From the NCBI GenBank assembly GCA_021323865.1, contig JAJPKF010000020.1, forward strand, positions 257,673-321,672: a stretch of 64,000 nucleotides of DNA. Direction: 5' to 3'. How positions within the stretch are numbered: the stretch's first letter is position 1; each line of letters starts with the position of its first letter. Origin of the DNA: Pseudomonadota bacterium (GTDB lineage: Bacteria; Chloroflexota; UBA5177; JAJPKF01). The position numbers and the translations under genes were made by a program. Below the pieces are notes generated by a model. The model was not told where the DNA came from. It was given only the letters and a program-made list of their open reading frames with translations, and did not search any database. Positions 18,679-26,904 of this stretch are shown here, in pieces.

Positions 18679-19923
18679 ATGAGCACTCGGAGCGTATCGA
18701 CTGCTGACCTGTCGCCGCGGACGGCTCGAATCGCCCAGATTGTGTGCCTTGTGTTGATCGCCGGAGGGGTCGCCCTGCTCGTGGCTGCCCTCGTCTGGAT
18801 GTGGCCTGGCATGGTCCACCCATGCGCACGGCTTACGACGTGTCAGCAATACCAGCTTGACTCGGCATCGGCCCAATTCCTGAGCCGGCACGACATCAGC
18901 CTCAGCGCTTATGCAACCGGCCTTGCCTTCCTCCTGATCCTCACCACGCTCGTATGGTACGCGCTGGCGGCTTTGATCCTCTGGAAGCGGCCCGGAGACC
19001 GGGGCGCAATCGTGGCGGCCTTTTTCCTTGCCCTGTTTCCTCAGCTCCCGCTTGGCACAATTACCAACTGGGATGCTGGAGCCGACGCCTCTATTGGGCT
19101 GGTAGCGCTGATCATCTTCGGTCTCCTGTTTCCGGACGGTCACTTCAAGCCCCGATGGACCCGGTGGTGGGCACTCGGGGTCTTCGTCATGCTTGTGGCC
19201 ATTTCATTTACTCCAGGTTCCAGCAGCGGGAACGGGAACTTCCTGTGGGTCGTCCCCGTCCTTGTGCTTCCCGCCGCCGTGGTCGGGACGCAGATTTACC
19301 GGTATCGCAAGTTGTCGACGTGGTCTGAGCGTCAACGCTCGAAGTGGGCGTTCTTCGGCATTATTTCAGGGATTCTGGGTATCATCCTCGTCTTTGTTAC
19401 CGGCACGATCACCCAGCCTTCGACCACGGCCGGAATGGGCGGCGGCGACCTGTCGGGACTCTGGGTCAGCGCCGGAATCGTTATCTTTCCGCTCGCCATT
19501 CCCGTCTCGATCACCATCGCGCTGCTTCGGAGCAACCTATGGGACATTGACCACATCATCAGTCGGGCTCTGGCCTACGCCGTCTTGAGCGCGGTCATCG
19601 TGGGGGCGTACATCGGTGGCGTTGTCGGCCTCCAGTCCCTCTTCGCGCTGTTCGCCCACAACGGCTCGCCGGCGGCCATCGCCCTATCGACGCTCGCAAT
19701 CGTGGCACTCTTCGGCCCAATGCTCAGACGCATCCAGCGCATTGTGGACCGAAGGTTCTATCGGAGCCGGTATGACGCCGCCCGCACGGTTGCCACCTTC
19801 GGCGAGCGGCTGCGTGACCAGGTCGATCTGGGCCAGCTTTCCTCCGGCTTGACCGCCGTTGTCCATGAGGCCCTTCATCCGGAGCATGTATCGTTGTGGC
19901 TCCGAGAGATGAGGGAAGGGTGA
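18679..19923 (+). CDS. Paralog P2 of the membrane-protein array
   Basis: CARLTTCQQYQLDSASAQFL..., RPGDRGA, FPDGHFKPRWTRW, YRYRKLSTWSERQRSKWA, LRSNLWDIDHIISRALAYAVLSAVIVGAYIGGVVGLQSLFALFAHNGSP, DRRFYRSRYDAARTVATFGERLRDQVDLGQLSSGLTAVVHEALHPEHVSLWLREMREG. Confidence 0.8.
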   Translation: MSTRSVSTADLSPRTARIAQIVCLVLIAGGVALLVAALVWMWPGMVHPCARLTTCQQYQLDSASAQFLSRHDISLSAYATGLAFLLILTTLVWYALAALILWKRPGDRGAIVAAFFLALFPQLPLGTITNWDAGADASIGLVALIIFGLLFPDGHFKPRWTRWWALGVFVMLVAISFTPGSSSGNGNFLWVVPVLVLPAAVVGTQIYRYRKLSTWSERQRSKWAFFGIISGILGIILVFVTGTITQPSTTAGMGGGDLSGLWVSAGIVIFPLAIPVSITIALLRSNLWDIDHIISRALAYAVLSAVIVGAYIGGVVGLQSLFALFAHNGSPAAIALSTLAIVALFGPMLRRIQRIVDRRFYRSRYDAARTVATFGERLRDQVDLGQLSSGLTAVVHEALHPEHVSLWLREMREG

Positions 19924-21113
19924 CGGACAGGCAGAAGATATTCGCACTCCGCGCCGTCTGGTCCGCGGTCGCCATCGGGGTTTCAGTCGTCTGGGCTCAA
20001 GCCTTCACCGCCGGCATCGGCCGACTAATGTCGGTGTGTCATGTCGCCTCCGCATGCTCGAGCTATCAGCTCGATGGCCCGGCGTCCCGTGTGCTTACGG
20101 ACCATGGCATCCCGCTCGCCCTCTATGCCGGCATCACGGCTGTAGTCACAGTCGGAGCCTGGCTGGTCTGGTTTGGGCTGGGGGTCCTGCTGGTCTGGAG
20201 GAGACCGCGGGATCGCGGAGCCTACATCTCGGCGCTGTTCCTTGCCGTCTTTCCCCTGATGTTCGCGTCGCTTTGGGCGGCGACGACGGCGCAAACGAAG
20301 CTCTTCTCCGGAATCGCCATCTTCTCGCTGATTCCACTCCTGCTGCTGTTTCCGAACGGCCGGTTCGTCCCGCGCTGGACCTGGGTATTCCTCACCTTCG
20401 TTTCGATCCTGGTGGCCTACGGTCAACTGACGAGGGGGCACTTGTTGCACAAGGCCCTCGGCCCGTTCGGAGCCGTCATTGTCCTCCTGATTGCGATGGG
20501 CCTGCAGATTCATCGATTTCGCTCCATATCATCGTGGCGGGAGCGCCAGCAGACGAAGTGGGCCACACTGGGGCTCTGTGCCTGCGTCATCGGCTTCGCC
20601 GCGACGCTGCTGCCCATACTCATCGGCAAGGTCGCTACGAATTCGCTCTACTCAGACTTCGTCGACATCCTTCTCGCCCTCACCACATCGGCCATTCCCA
20701 TCACCTTAGCGATCGCCGTCCTGAGGAGCGGGCTCTGGGACGTTGACCACATCATCAGTCGGGCTCTGGCCTACGCCGTCTTGAGCGCGGTCATCGTGGG
20801 GGCGTACATCGGTGGCGTTGTCGGCCTCCAGTCCCTCTTCGCGTTATTCGTGCACAATGGCTCTCCGCCGGCGATCGCCCTGTCGACACTCGCCATCGTC
20901 GCTTCGTTTGGTCCACTCCGGAGACGGATCCAGCACGTCGTTGACCGGCGCTTCTACCGAAGCCGGTACGATGCCTCGCTCACATTGGCCGCCTTCGGCA
21001 AGCGGCTTCGGGATCAGGTCGATCTCGGAGAGCTCTCTCATGACCTGACGGGTGTTGTTCACGAGACCCTGCACCCTGAGCACGTTTCGCTGCGGCTGCG
21101 AGCTCCAGGATGA
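19920..21113 (+). CDS. Paralog P3 of the membrane-protein array (GTG start overlapping the P2 stop, GTGA)
   Basis: VTDRQKIFALRAV...SVCHVASACSSYQLDGPASRVL..., RPRDRGA, FPNGRFVPRWTW, HRFRSISSWRERQQTKWA, LRSGLWDVDHIISRALAYAVLSAVIVGAYIGGVVGLQSLFALFVHNGSP, DRRFYRSRYDASLTLAAFGKRLRDQVDLGELSHDLTGVVHETLHPEHVSLRLR. Confidence 0.8.
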   Translation: MTDRQKIFALRAVWSAVAIGVSVVWAQAFTAGIGRLMSVCHVASACSSYQLDGPASRVLTDHGIPLALYAGITAVVTVGAWLVWFGLGVLLVWRRPRDRGAYISALFLAVFPLMFASLWAATTAQTKLFSGIAIFSLIPLLLLFPNGRFVPRWTWVFLTFVSILVAYGQLTRGHLLHKALGPFGAVIVLLIAMGLQIHRFRSISSWRERQQTKWATLGLCACVIGFAATLLPILIGKVATNSLYSDFVDILLALTTSAIPITLAIAVLRSGLWDVDHIISRALAYAVLSAVIVGAYIGGVVGLQSLFALFVHNGSPPAIALSTLAIVASFGPLRRRIQHVVDRRFYRSRYDASLTLAAFGKRLRDQVDLGELSHDLTGVVHETLHPEHVSLRLRAPG

Positions 21114-22282
21114 GAGCGACAGTCGAAGCTGTCTTGCGCCGGCACTCGCGGCTGCTGGCCCGGTTGGTATGGGTCGCACTGACCGCGATCGTTCTAGCCG
21201 TCTTCGTCTCGCAAATTCCGGAGGAGTGGAGCTCCCTCGCGACCGTCTGCCGCGGAGCGGCTGCCTGTGCGAATCGGGGCGGTCTCGACGCGTCGGCGGC
21301 TCACACCCTCATCCGACACGGCATTTCCCTACCGGTCTTTGCGTCGCTCATCGTCATGTTCTCGACCACCGTGCTCGCGATATGGGTCCTCCTGGGTGGC
21401 CTCATCGTGTGGCTCAAGCCCGACGATCGAGGAGCCCTGGTCGCTGCTTACTTTCTGGCCGTCTTTCCCCTGTTGCTCGATTCACAGATCCCGCTCGCCG
21501 TCACCTTCACGGCCCTGATTCTCTTTGGCCTGCTGTTTCCTGACGGACACTTCCAGCCTGGGTGGGCGAGATGGCTGGCTGCGGCCGCGCTTGTCGGCGC
21601 CGCCGCTTCCCCATTTGCCGGTGCCCCCGCCGGCATCGCTTCTCTGGTCCTGCTTCTGGCAGCGATCCCGCTCCAAATCTACCGCTTTCGGAAGGTGTCG
21701 ACCTGGGAGCAACGCCAGCAAACCAAGTGGGCCGTCTTCGGGCTAACCGCGACCGTGCTCGGCTTCATTGTGCTGCTGCCGATCTTCAAATTCGGAGCCG
21801 GCTCCCTGGGCGGCGTACTTCTCCAGAACCTCGGCTTCATTACCGTTATCACGATAATGCCGGTCTCCATGGCCCTGTCCGTGCTTCGGAACCGCCTGTG
21901 GGATATCGACCGGATCATCAGCCGCGCCCTGGGCTATGCCCTCCTGAGCGCGGTCACCGTGGGCGCATACGTCGGAGGTGTCGTCGGCTTCCAGTCACTC
22001 TTTGGGCTGTTCGCTCACGACGGCTCCCCTGTTGCCATTGCCCTGTCCACCCTGGCAATTGTGGCGCTGTTTGGCCCCCTGCGCAGACGCATCCAGCAAA
22101 TTGTCGATCGACGGTTCTATCGAAGTAGATACGATGCGTCCCGCACACTCGCCACTTTCGGCGAGCGGCTGCGTGACCAGGTCGATCTGGGCCAGCTTTC
22201 CTCCGGCTTGACCGCCGTCGTCCATGAGGCCCTTCATCCGGAGCATGTATCGTTGTGGCTCCGAGAGATGAGGGAAGGGTGA
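21110..22282 (+). CDS. Paralog P4 of the membrane-protein array (ATGA overlap with P3)
   Basis: TVCRGAAACANRGGLDASAAHTL, KPDDRGA, FPDGHFQPGWARW, YRFRKVSTWEQRQQTKWA, LRNRLWDIDRIISRALGYALLSAV, DRRFYRSRYDASRTLATFGERLRDQVDLGQLSSGLTAVVHEALHPEHVSLWLREMREG (3' end nearly identical to P2 at DNA level). Confidence 0.8.
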   Translation: MRATVEAVLRRHSRLLARLVWVALTAIVLAVFVSQIPEEWSSLATVCRGAAACANRGGLDASAAHTLIRHGISLPVFASLIVMFSTTVLAIWVLLGGLIVWLKPDDRGALVAAYFLAVFPLLLDSQIPLAVTFTALILFGLLFPDGHFQPGWARWLAAAALVGAAASPFAGAPAGIASLVLLLAAIPLQIYRFRKVSTWEQRQQTKWAVFGLTATVLGFIVLLPIFKFGAGSLGGVLLQNLGFITVITIMPVSMALSVLRNRLWDIDRIISRALGYALLSAVTVGAYVGGVVGFQSLFGLFAHDGSPVAIALSTLAIVALFGPLRRRIQQIVDRRFYRSRYDASRTLATFGERLRDQVDLGQLSSGLTAVVHEALHPEHVSLWLREMREG

Positions 22283-22411
22283 CGGACACGCAAAAGATAT
22301 TCGCACGCCGTGCCGAGCACCTACATGGGGAACTGGACAACGACCGGCTGTCCAAGGAGCTCTGGTCTGGGCCTTGCACCCCGCGTCAGTCTCCATCACG
22401 TTGAGGGAGCC

Positions 22412-23650
22412 ATGAGGCCTGTCCGACTAGACGCAAGGAGGAGCCGCTTCCGAGGAGTGCGTCACGAGCGGGCGGTGCAGGCACTGTGGCTTGCGATGGC
22501 GCTGTTCGGCAGCGCTCTGTGGGCTGGCATTCCAATCTCTCAGTGGGGCCGCCTACTGCGCGTGTGCCGGCCCGTCTCAACCTGTGCCCAGTTTCAGCTC
22601 GACGCAGCCTCCGCTGGCCTCCTCCAGCAGCGCGGGGTCTCGCTCGACGATTACGCGATGTTTACGGGCATCGTTCTCGCCACAGGCTGGACGATCTGGT
22701 ACGGCATGTCGGCGCTCGTCATCTATCGCAAGCCCGGGGAGCGGGCAGCGTTGATATCCGCCTTCTTTCTCTTGGTCATGCCCCTGGCAGCCGTCGCCCT
22801 CTGGGTTTCGTGGGGGCTGCTTCTAGCCCTGGCCTCTCTCGCGGCGCTGAACCTCTTTGGCCTCCTGTTCCCCGACGGACGATTCTCACCCCGTTGGACC
22901 CGCTGGCTGGGGATAGGCGTGGTGGCGGCATGCGGTTTCTTGGCGATTCCGGTCTTCGCCAACTCGTCGTTTTATTGGGTCATCCCGCTTTTCGTCGTTC
23001 CGCTTCTCATAGCCGCGCTTCAGATCTATCGGTTCCGCGCCATTTCCTCGTGGCGTGAGCGTCAGCGTAGCAAGTGGGTCTTTCTGGGCCTCGGGACCGG
23101 TCTGGCGGCTTTCCTTTCCATCATCGTCACCCTGAATTTCGTTGGGGCCGGTAATAGTAGCAACGGCACCTTGGGCGGTGGCACGCTGGCGGGTGCACTG
23201 GTAACTCCCGTGTTTGTAATCGGCATCGGCCCGGTGCCGCTTTCAATAGGCATTGCGATTTTGCGCAGCGGCCTCTGGGACATAGATAGGGTGGTTAGTC
23301 GCGCACTGGGGTACTCAGTGTTGACCGTGATCCTCGGGGCTATCTACATCGGCGGAGTGATTGGCCTCCAGGGACTGATCGGCTTGATCGCCGGAAACGG
23401 CTCAGCCGCGGCCGTCGTACTGTCGACGCTAGTGGTGGCCGCTCTCTTTGGCCCACTCCGTCGCCGCCTCCAGAATCTTATCGATAGCCGCTTTTACAGG
23501 TCCCAGTATGACGCCGCGCGAATGGTCAGGAGCTTTGCCGAGCAACTACGGGACGAAGTAGACGTAGACCGGCTCTCAACCGACTTGTCCTCGATCGTGC
23601 GCCAGGCCCTCCATCCTTCACACGTCTCGCTTTGGCTTAGGGAGCAATGA
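22412..23650 (+). CDS. Paralog P5 of the membrane-protein array (ATG at 22412 after GAGGGAGCC; the ORF-track start at 22310 is probably too early)
   Basis: RVCRPVSTCAQFQLDAASAGLL, KPGERAA, FPDGRFSPRWTRW, YRFRAISSWRERQRSKWV, LRSGLWDIDRVVSRALGYSVLTV, DSRFYRSQYDAARMVRSFAEQLRDEVDVDRLSTDLSSIVRQALHPSHVSLWLREQ. Confidence 0.75.
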   Translation: MRPVRLDARRSRFRGVRHERAVQALWLAMALFGSALWAGIPISQWGRLLRVCRPVSTCAQFQLDAASAGLLQQRGVSLDDYAMFTGIVLATGWTIWYGMSALVIYRKPGERAALISAFFLLVMPLAAVALWVSWGLLLALASLAALNLFGLLFPDGRFSPRWTRWLGIGVVAACGFLAIPVFANSSFYWVIPLFVVPLLIAALQIYRFRAISSWRERQRSKWVFLGLGTGLAAFLSIIVTLNFVGAGNSSNGTLGGGTLAGALVTPVFVIGIGPVPLSIGIAILRSGLWDIDRVVSRALGYSVLTVILGAIYIGGVIGLQGLIGLIAGNGSAAAVVLSTLVVAALFGPLRRRLQNLIDSRFYRSQYDAARMVRSFAEQLRDEVDVDRLSTDLSSIVRQALHPSHVSLWLREQ

Positions 23651-24846
23651 CATACATCGTCTCGGAGCAGCGCTGGAGACAGGTCGCCTGGCTACTCCTC
23701 GCGCTTTGGGGCGCGGTATTGTGGCTCGCGGGCCCTGCCTCACAGTCGCTGAGAATCCGGTCGATTTGTCGCCCTCTCTCCTGTAGCTCCTATCAGCTGG
23801 GTGCGCCGGCCGCCTCGACGCTCTCCGGCCACGGCATATCCCTCACGGCCTATGCCGTCTTCACTGTCCTCGTCCTGGGCTTCTTATCCGTCGTCTGGTA
23901 TGGCCTGGCCGGACTCATCATCCTGCGCGAGCCGGACAACCGGGGGGCGGTCATGGCCGCCTTCTTCCTCGTCGCCTTCCCGCTCTTGGAGGTCGCGACC
24001 TGGATCCCAAGCGCACCGTCAGGGCTGAAGAGCCTATTACCGGCGACCGGCGTCGCGGTGCTCCTGCTCTTCTGTCTCCTGTTCCCGGATGGCACCTTCG
24101 CTCCCGGTTGGGCCCGATGGCTCGTGCCTTTGGCTCTGGCGGGAGGTCTCTCGGCCTATCTGCCTCTGCTCCCGCGAGGCGTCGTCCTGGCCATCGCGCT
24201 GGCGTCGGTGGTGGCTGCCCAGGTTGCTCGCTTCCGGACGATATCATCCTCGGCTCAGCGTCAGCAGACCAAGTGGGCGCTCTATGGTGTGATCGCGGCC
24301 GCCGTTGCCTTCGCCACGCTGGCGGCGGGATTCCTGGTCGTGCCTGCCGCTCAGACCGGACCCGGCGGACTATACCGAAGCTTCGCGAACAGCACCGGTC
24401 TCGCCCTGGCAGCGTCCCCAATTCCCATAAGCACCGGCATCGCCATCTTGCGCTACCACCTGTGGGACATCGACCGCGTCGTCAGCCTCACCCTCGGCTA
24501 TGCGCTCCTGACGGCGATGTTGGCGGGTCTTTACATCGCCGGCGTCATCCTCCTGGAACAGCTCGTCCAGGTCTTCACGCCCAGTGGCTCTGACGCCCCC
24601 ATTGCGCTGTCGACGCTTACGGTCGTGGCCCTGTTTGGACCGCTGCGGCGCCGAATCCAGACGGGTATTGACCGGTACTTCTATCGTGCGAAGTACGATG
24701 CCGCGCGCACCTTGGCGGCCTTCGGCGACCGGCTTCGACGTGAAGTCGATTTGGATGCCGTGAGCCGCGACCTCACCGGCGTGGTCGAAGAAGCGCTCAG
24801 GCCCGAGCGAGTAACGCTCTGGGTGCGCACCGAGGCAAAGTCGTGA
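23647..24846 (+). CDS. Paralog P6 of the membrane-protein array (ATGA overlap with P5)
   Basis: SICRPLSCSSYQLGAPAASTL (C-x4-C variant), EPDNRGA, FPDGTFAPGWARW, ARFRTISSSAQRQQTKWA, LRYHLWDIDRVVSLTLGYALLTA, DRYFYRAKYDAARTLAAFGDRLRREVDLDAVSRDLTGVVEEALRPERVTLWVR. Confidence 0.75.
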   Translation: MTYIVSEQRWRQVAWLLLALWGAVLWLAGPASQSLRIRSICRPLSCSSYQLGAPAASTLSGHGISLTAYAVFTVLVLGFLSVVWYGLAGLIILREPDNRGAVMAAFFLVAFPLLEVATWIPSAPSGLKSLLPATGVAVLLLFCLLFPDGTFAPGWARWLVPLALAGGLSAYLPLLPRGVVLAIALASVVAAQVARFRTISSSAQRQQTKWALYGVIAAAVAFATLAAGFLVVPAAQTGPGGLYRSFANSTGLALAASPIPISTGIAILRYHLWDIDRVVSLTLGYALLTAMLAGLYIAGVILLEQLVQVFTPSGSDAPIALSTLTVVALFGPLRRRIQTGIDRYFYRAKYDAARTLAAFGDRLRREVDLDAVSRDLTGVVEEALRPERVTLWVRTEAKS

Positions 24847-26111
24847 GTCGCCGTTCCAGTTTCCTTTGGGCTCGTCGCGGAGAGGTCGCTGGCGTGAGTA
24901 GCGGGAACGGGGCCTCGGGACGCATGTTTGGCCGGGAGACGGAGCTCGGCATCAGAGTGGCCTGGGCGCTGGTGGCGAGCGCCGTTACCATCACCTGGGC
25001 AGTGGCCGTGGCGGCTCAATGGAAATCGCTGACCTCGGTATGTCATCGAGCATCCAGCTGCACGAACTTCCAGATGGACGAGGCCACCGCCCATCTGTTG
25101 GCCGCCCACGGCATTCAGCCGGAAGTGTACGGGGTGTACACCGCTCTGGGGCTGGCACTGGTGTGGGCGGTATGGTGTGGACTTGGTGGACTGATCGTCT
25201 GGCGGCGCCCGCGAGAGGTGGGAGCCGTGGTATCCGCCTTCTTCATGGTCCTCTTCCCGCTGTTCGAGATCAGCTTTTGGTTTCCCAGCGGCAACGGCTC
25301 CCAGCTCATGGGAGCCGTTGCGTTCCTGGCGTTAACCATGTTCTACCTGCTCTTCCCCAATGGCAGCTTCGCCCCACGCTGGTTTCGCTTCGTCCCCATC
25401 GCCCTCATTCCTTTAGGGCTGATTTCCAACTTCCTGCCATGGCTCCTCGGGCCGATGCTCCTCGTGTTTTTCCTCAGTGTTTCTGGCAGTCAGATTTATC
25501 GCTTCCGCATGGTGTCCTCTTGGAAAGAGCGACAGCAGACCAAGTGGACAGTGGCCGGCCTGTTGGTTTCCATACTGCTGTTTGTCGCCGTGGCGGTGGT
25601 CCCATTCAGCGTGGATCCAAAGGTTGGGTATTCAGGCACCGGATATGAGGTGCTCACCATCACCCTGGTGCCGATTGTCACGACGCTCATTCCGCTCTCC
25701 GTGGGGGCGGCCATCTTTCGCAGCGGCCTTTGGGATATCGACCGCATCATCAACCGCGCTCTCGTTTACGGCGTCCTCAGCATCGCGCTGGCCGTCGCCT
25801 ATGTGGGCGGCGTTCTGGGGCTCGAGGCGCTGTTCAGACTCTTCATACGGGGCAGCGCGGCGCCAGCGATCGTCGTTTCGACGCTCGCCATTGCCGCCCT
25901 CTTCGGGCCGCTTCGACGGCGAATTCAGGATGCCATCGACCGGCGCTTCTATCGAGCCAGATACGACACCGCCCGAATCCTTTCCGCCTTCGGTGACCGG
26001 CTTCGGCAGGAGGTGGACCTGATGAATCTCACGCAGGACATGACCTCGGTAGTACAGGAGACGCTGCGTCCAGAGCACGTGTCGATTTGGCTGAGCGGGG
26101 AGATGTCATGA
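24843..26111 (+). CDS. Paralog P7 of the membrane-protein array (GTGA overlap with P6; an alternative ATG at 24927 is possible)
   Basis: SVCHRASSCTNFQMDEATAHLL, RPREVGA, FPNGSFAPRWFRF, YRFRMVSSWKERQQTKWT, FRSGLWDIDRIINRALVYGVLSIA, DRRFYRARYDTARILSAFGDRLRQEVDLMNLTQDMTSVVQETLRPEHVSIWL. Confidence 0.75.
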   Translation: MSRRSSFLWARRGEVAGVSSGNGASGRMFGRETELGIRVAWALVASAVTITWAVAVAAQWKSLTSVCHRASSCTNFQMDEATAHLLAAHGIQPEVYGVYTALGLALVWAVWCGLGGLIVWRRPREVGAVVSAFFMVLFPLFEISFWFPSGNGSQLMGAVAFLALTMFYLLFPNGSFAPRWFRFVPIALIPLGLISNFLPWLLGPMLLVFFLSVSGSQIYRFRMVSSWKERQQTKWTVAGLLVSILLFVAVAVVPFSVDPKVGYSGTGYEVLTITLVPIVTTLIPLSVGAAIFRSGLWDIDRIINRALVYGVLSIALAVAYVGGVLGLEALFRLFIRGSAAPAIVVSTLAIAALFGPLRRRIQDAIDRRFYRARYDTARILSAFGDRLRQEVDLMNLTQDMTSVVQETLRPEHVSIWLSGEMS

Positions 26112-26226
26112 CGTCGGGCCTGTCCGGCTCGGGCCTGCCAACAGTAGCGGCATTTGAGCCGGTATCCAACCAGGTTTCTGGGTACCCGATTCACCGTCGT
26201 CAAACAAAGTGTAAGGAGGAGAACAG

Positions 26227-26682
26227 GTGGTACGAGCGTTTCGAGTCGTCTGGGCGTCACTCATCTGGTTGTTTATGATCATGATTCCGATTCAGTTCTA
26301 CCTGGCGGGCCACGGAGCAATGGAAGGAGCACATGCCGCCGACAAAGGGATCAGGCCCATGAAGACTGGGTGGGACCCGCATGCCTCATTCGGTACGATC
26401 ATGCTGCTGGTGTCGCTTCTGGTGCTCCTGGCTGCTCTCCCCGCCCGTCCGACACGCCGGCTTCTGGGCATGAGCGTAGCTCTATTCGTCTTCATGGTCA
26501 TCCAGTTCGTGCTGCCCTTCTTCAACGATTCGGCCGGCACTCGTTGGGTCGCTGCCTTTCACGGCGTCAACGCATTGATCGTTACCGGCCTGGCAATGGG
26601 TCTCATCATCCGGACACGACCCTACTGGCCATTCACGAAGTCCGAGGCTGCAGAGGCGGAGGCCGGCGCTGCCATGACATGA
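26227..26682 (+). CDS. Small integral membrane protein (4 predicted helices), hypothetical
   Basis: AGGAGGAGAACAGGTG Shine-Dalgarno. ASLIWLFMIMIPIQFYLAG; IMLLVSLLVLLAAL; VALFVFMVIQFVLPFF; ALIVTGLAMGLII. Confidence 0.55.
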   Translation: MVRAFRVVWASLIWLFMIMIPIQFYLAGHGAMEGAHAADKGIRPMKTGWDPHASFGTIMLLVSLLVLLAALPARPTRRLLGMSVALFVFMVIQFVLPFFNDSAGTRWVAAFHGVNALIVTGLAMGLIIRTRPYWPFTKSEAAEAEAGAAMT

Positions 26683-26904
26683 AGTGAGTTCGGTTGGGCA
26701 TCACTCATTCAGCCGCACCTTCAAAGACCGGGCATGAGGGCCAATCCGGAAAGTTGTCAGGCGAGTTGTGGCCCAACCGCCACCCGAACGAGCATCTCCG
26801 GGATATTCTGTCCGGCCAACGTGACTGCACGAGGAGGTGGGACGTCTAGCGTTGGTCTCCGATCGGTGCGGGAGCCAGGTTGCCCTCAGCCTCGCGCATT
26901 GCGA

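Noticed and set aside
18036-19143. Minus-strand ORFs 18036-18812 and 18460-19143 (258 and 227 aa)
   Set aside because: Antisense to paralogs P1/P2, whose conservation across seven copies establishes the plus-strand frame.
20036-22128. Plus-strand alternative-frame ORFs (20036-20746, 21562-22128, 22486-23058, 24108-24593, 25019-25648, 25477-26022)
   Set aside because: Off-frame relative to the conserved P-family proteins; Arg/Pro/Ser-rich composition.
22280-22405. 41-codon ORF VTDTQKIFARRAEHLHGELDNDRLSKELWSGPCTPRQSPSR after P4
   Set aside because: Read as a decayed duplicate of the P3 N-terminus (no TM segment, no Cys motif); retained as evidence for junction duplication and not called as a gene.
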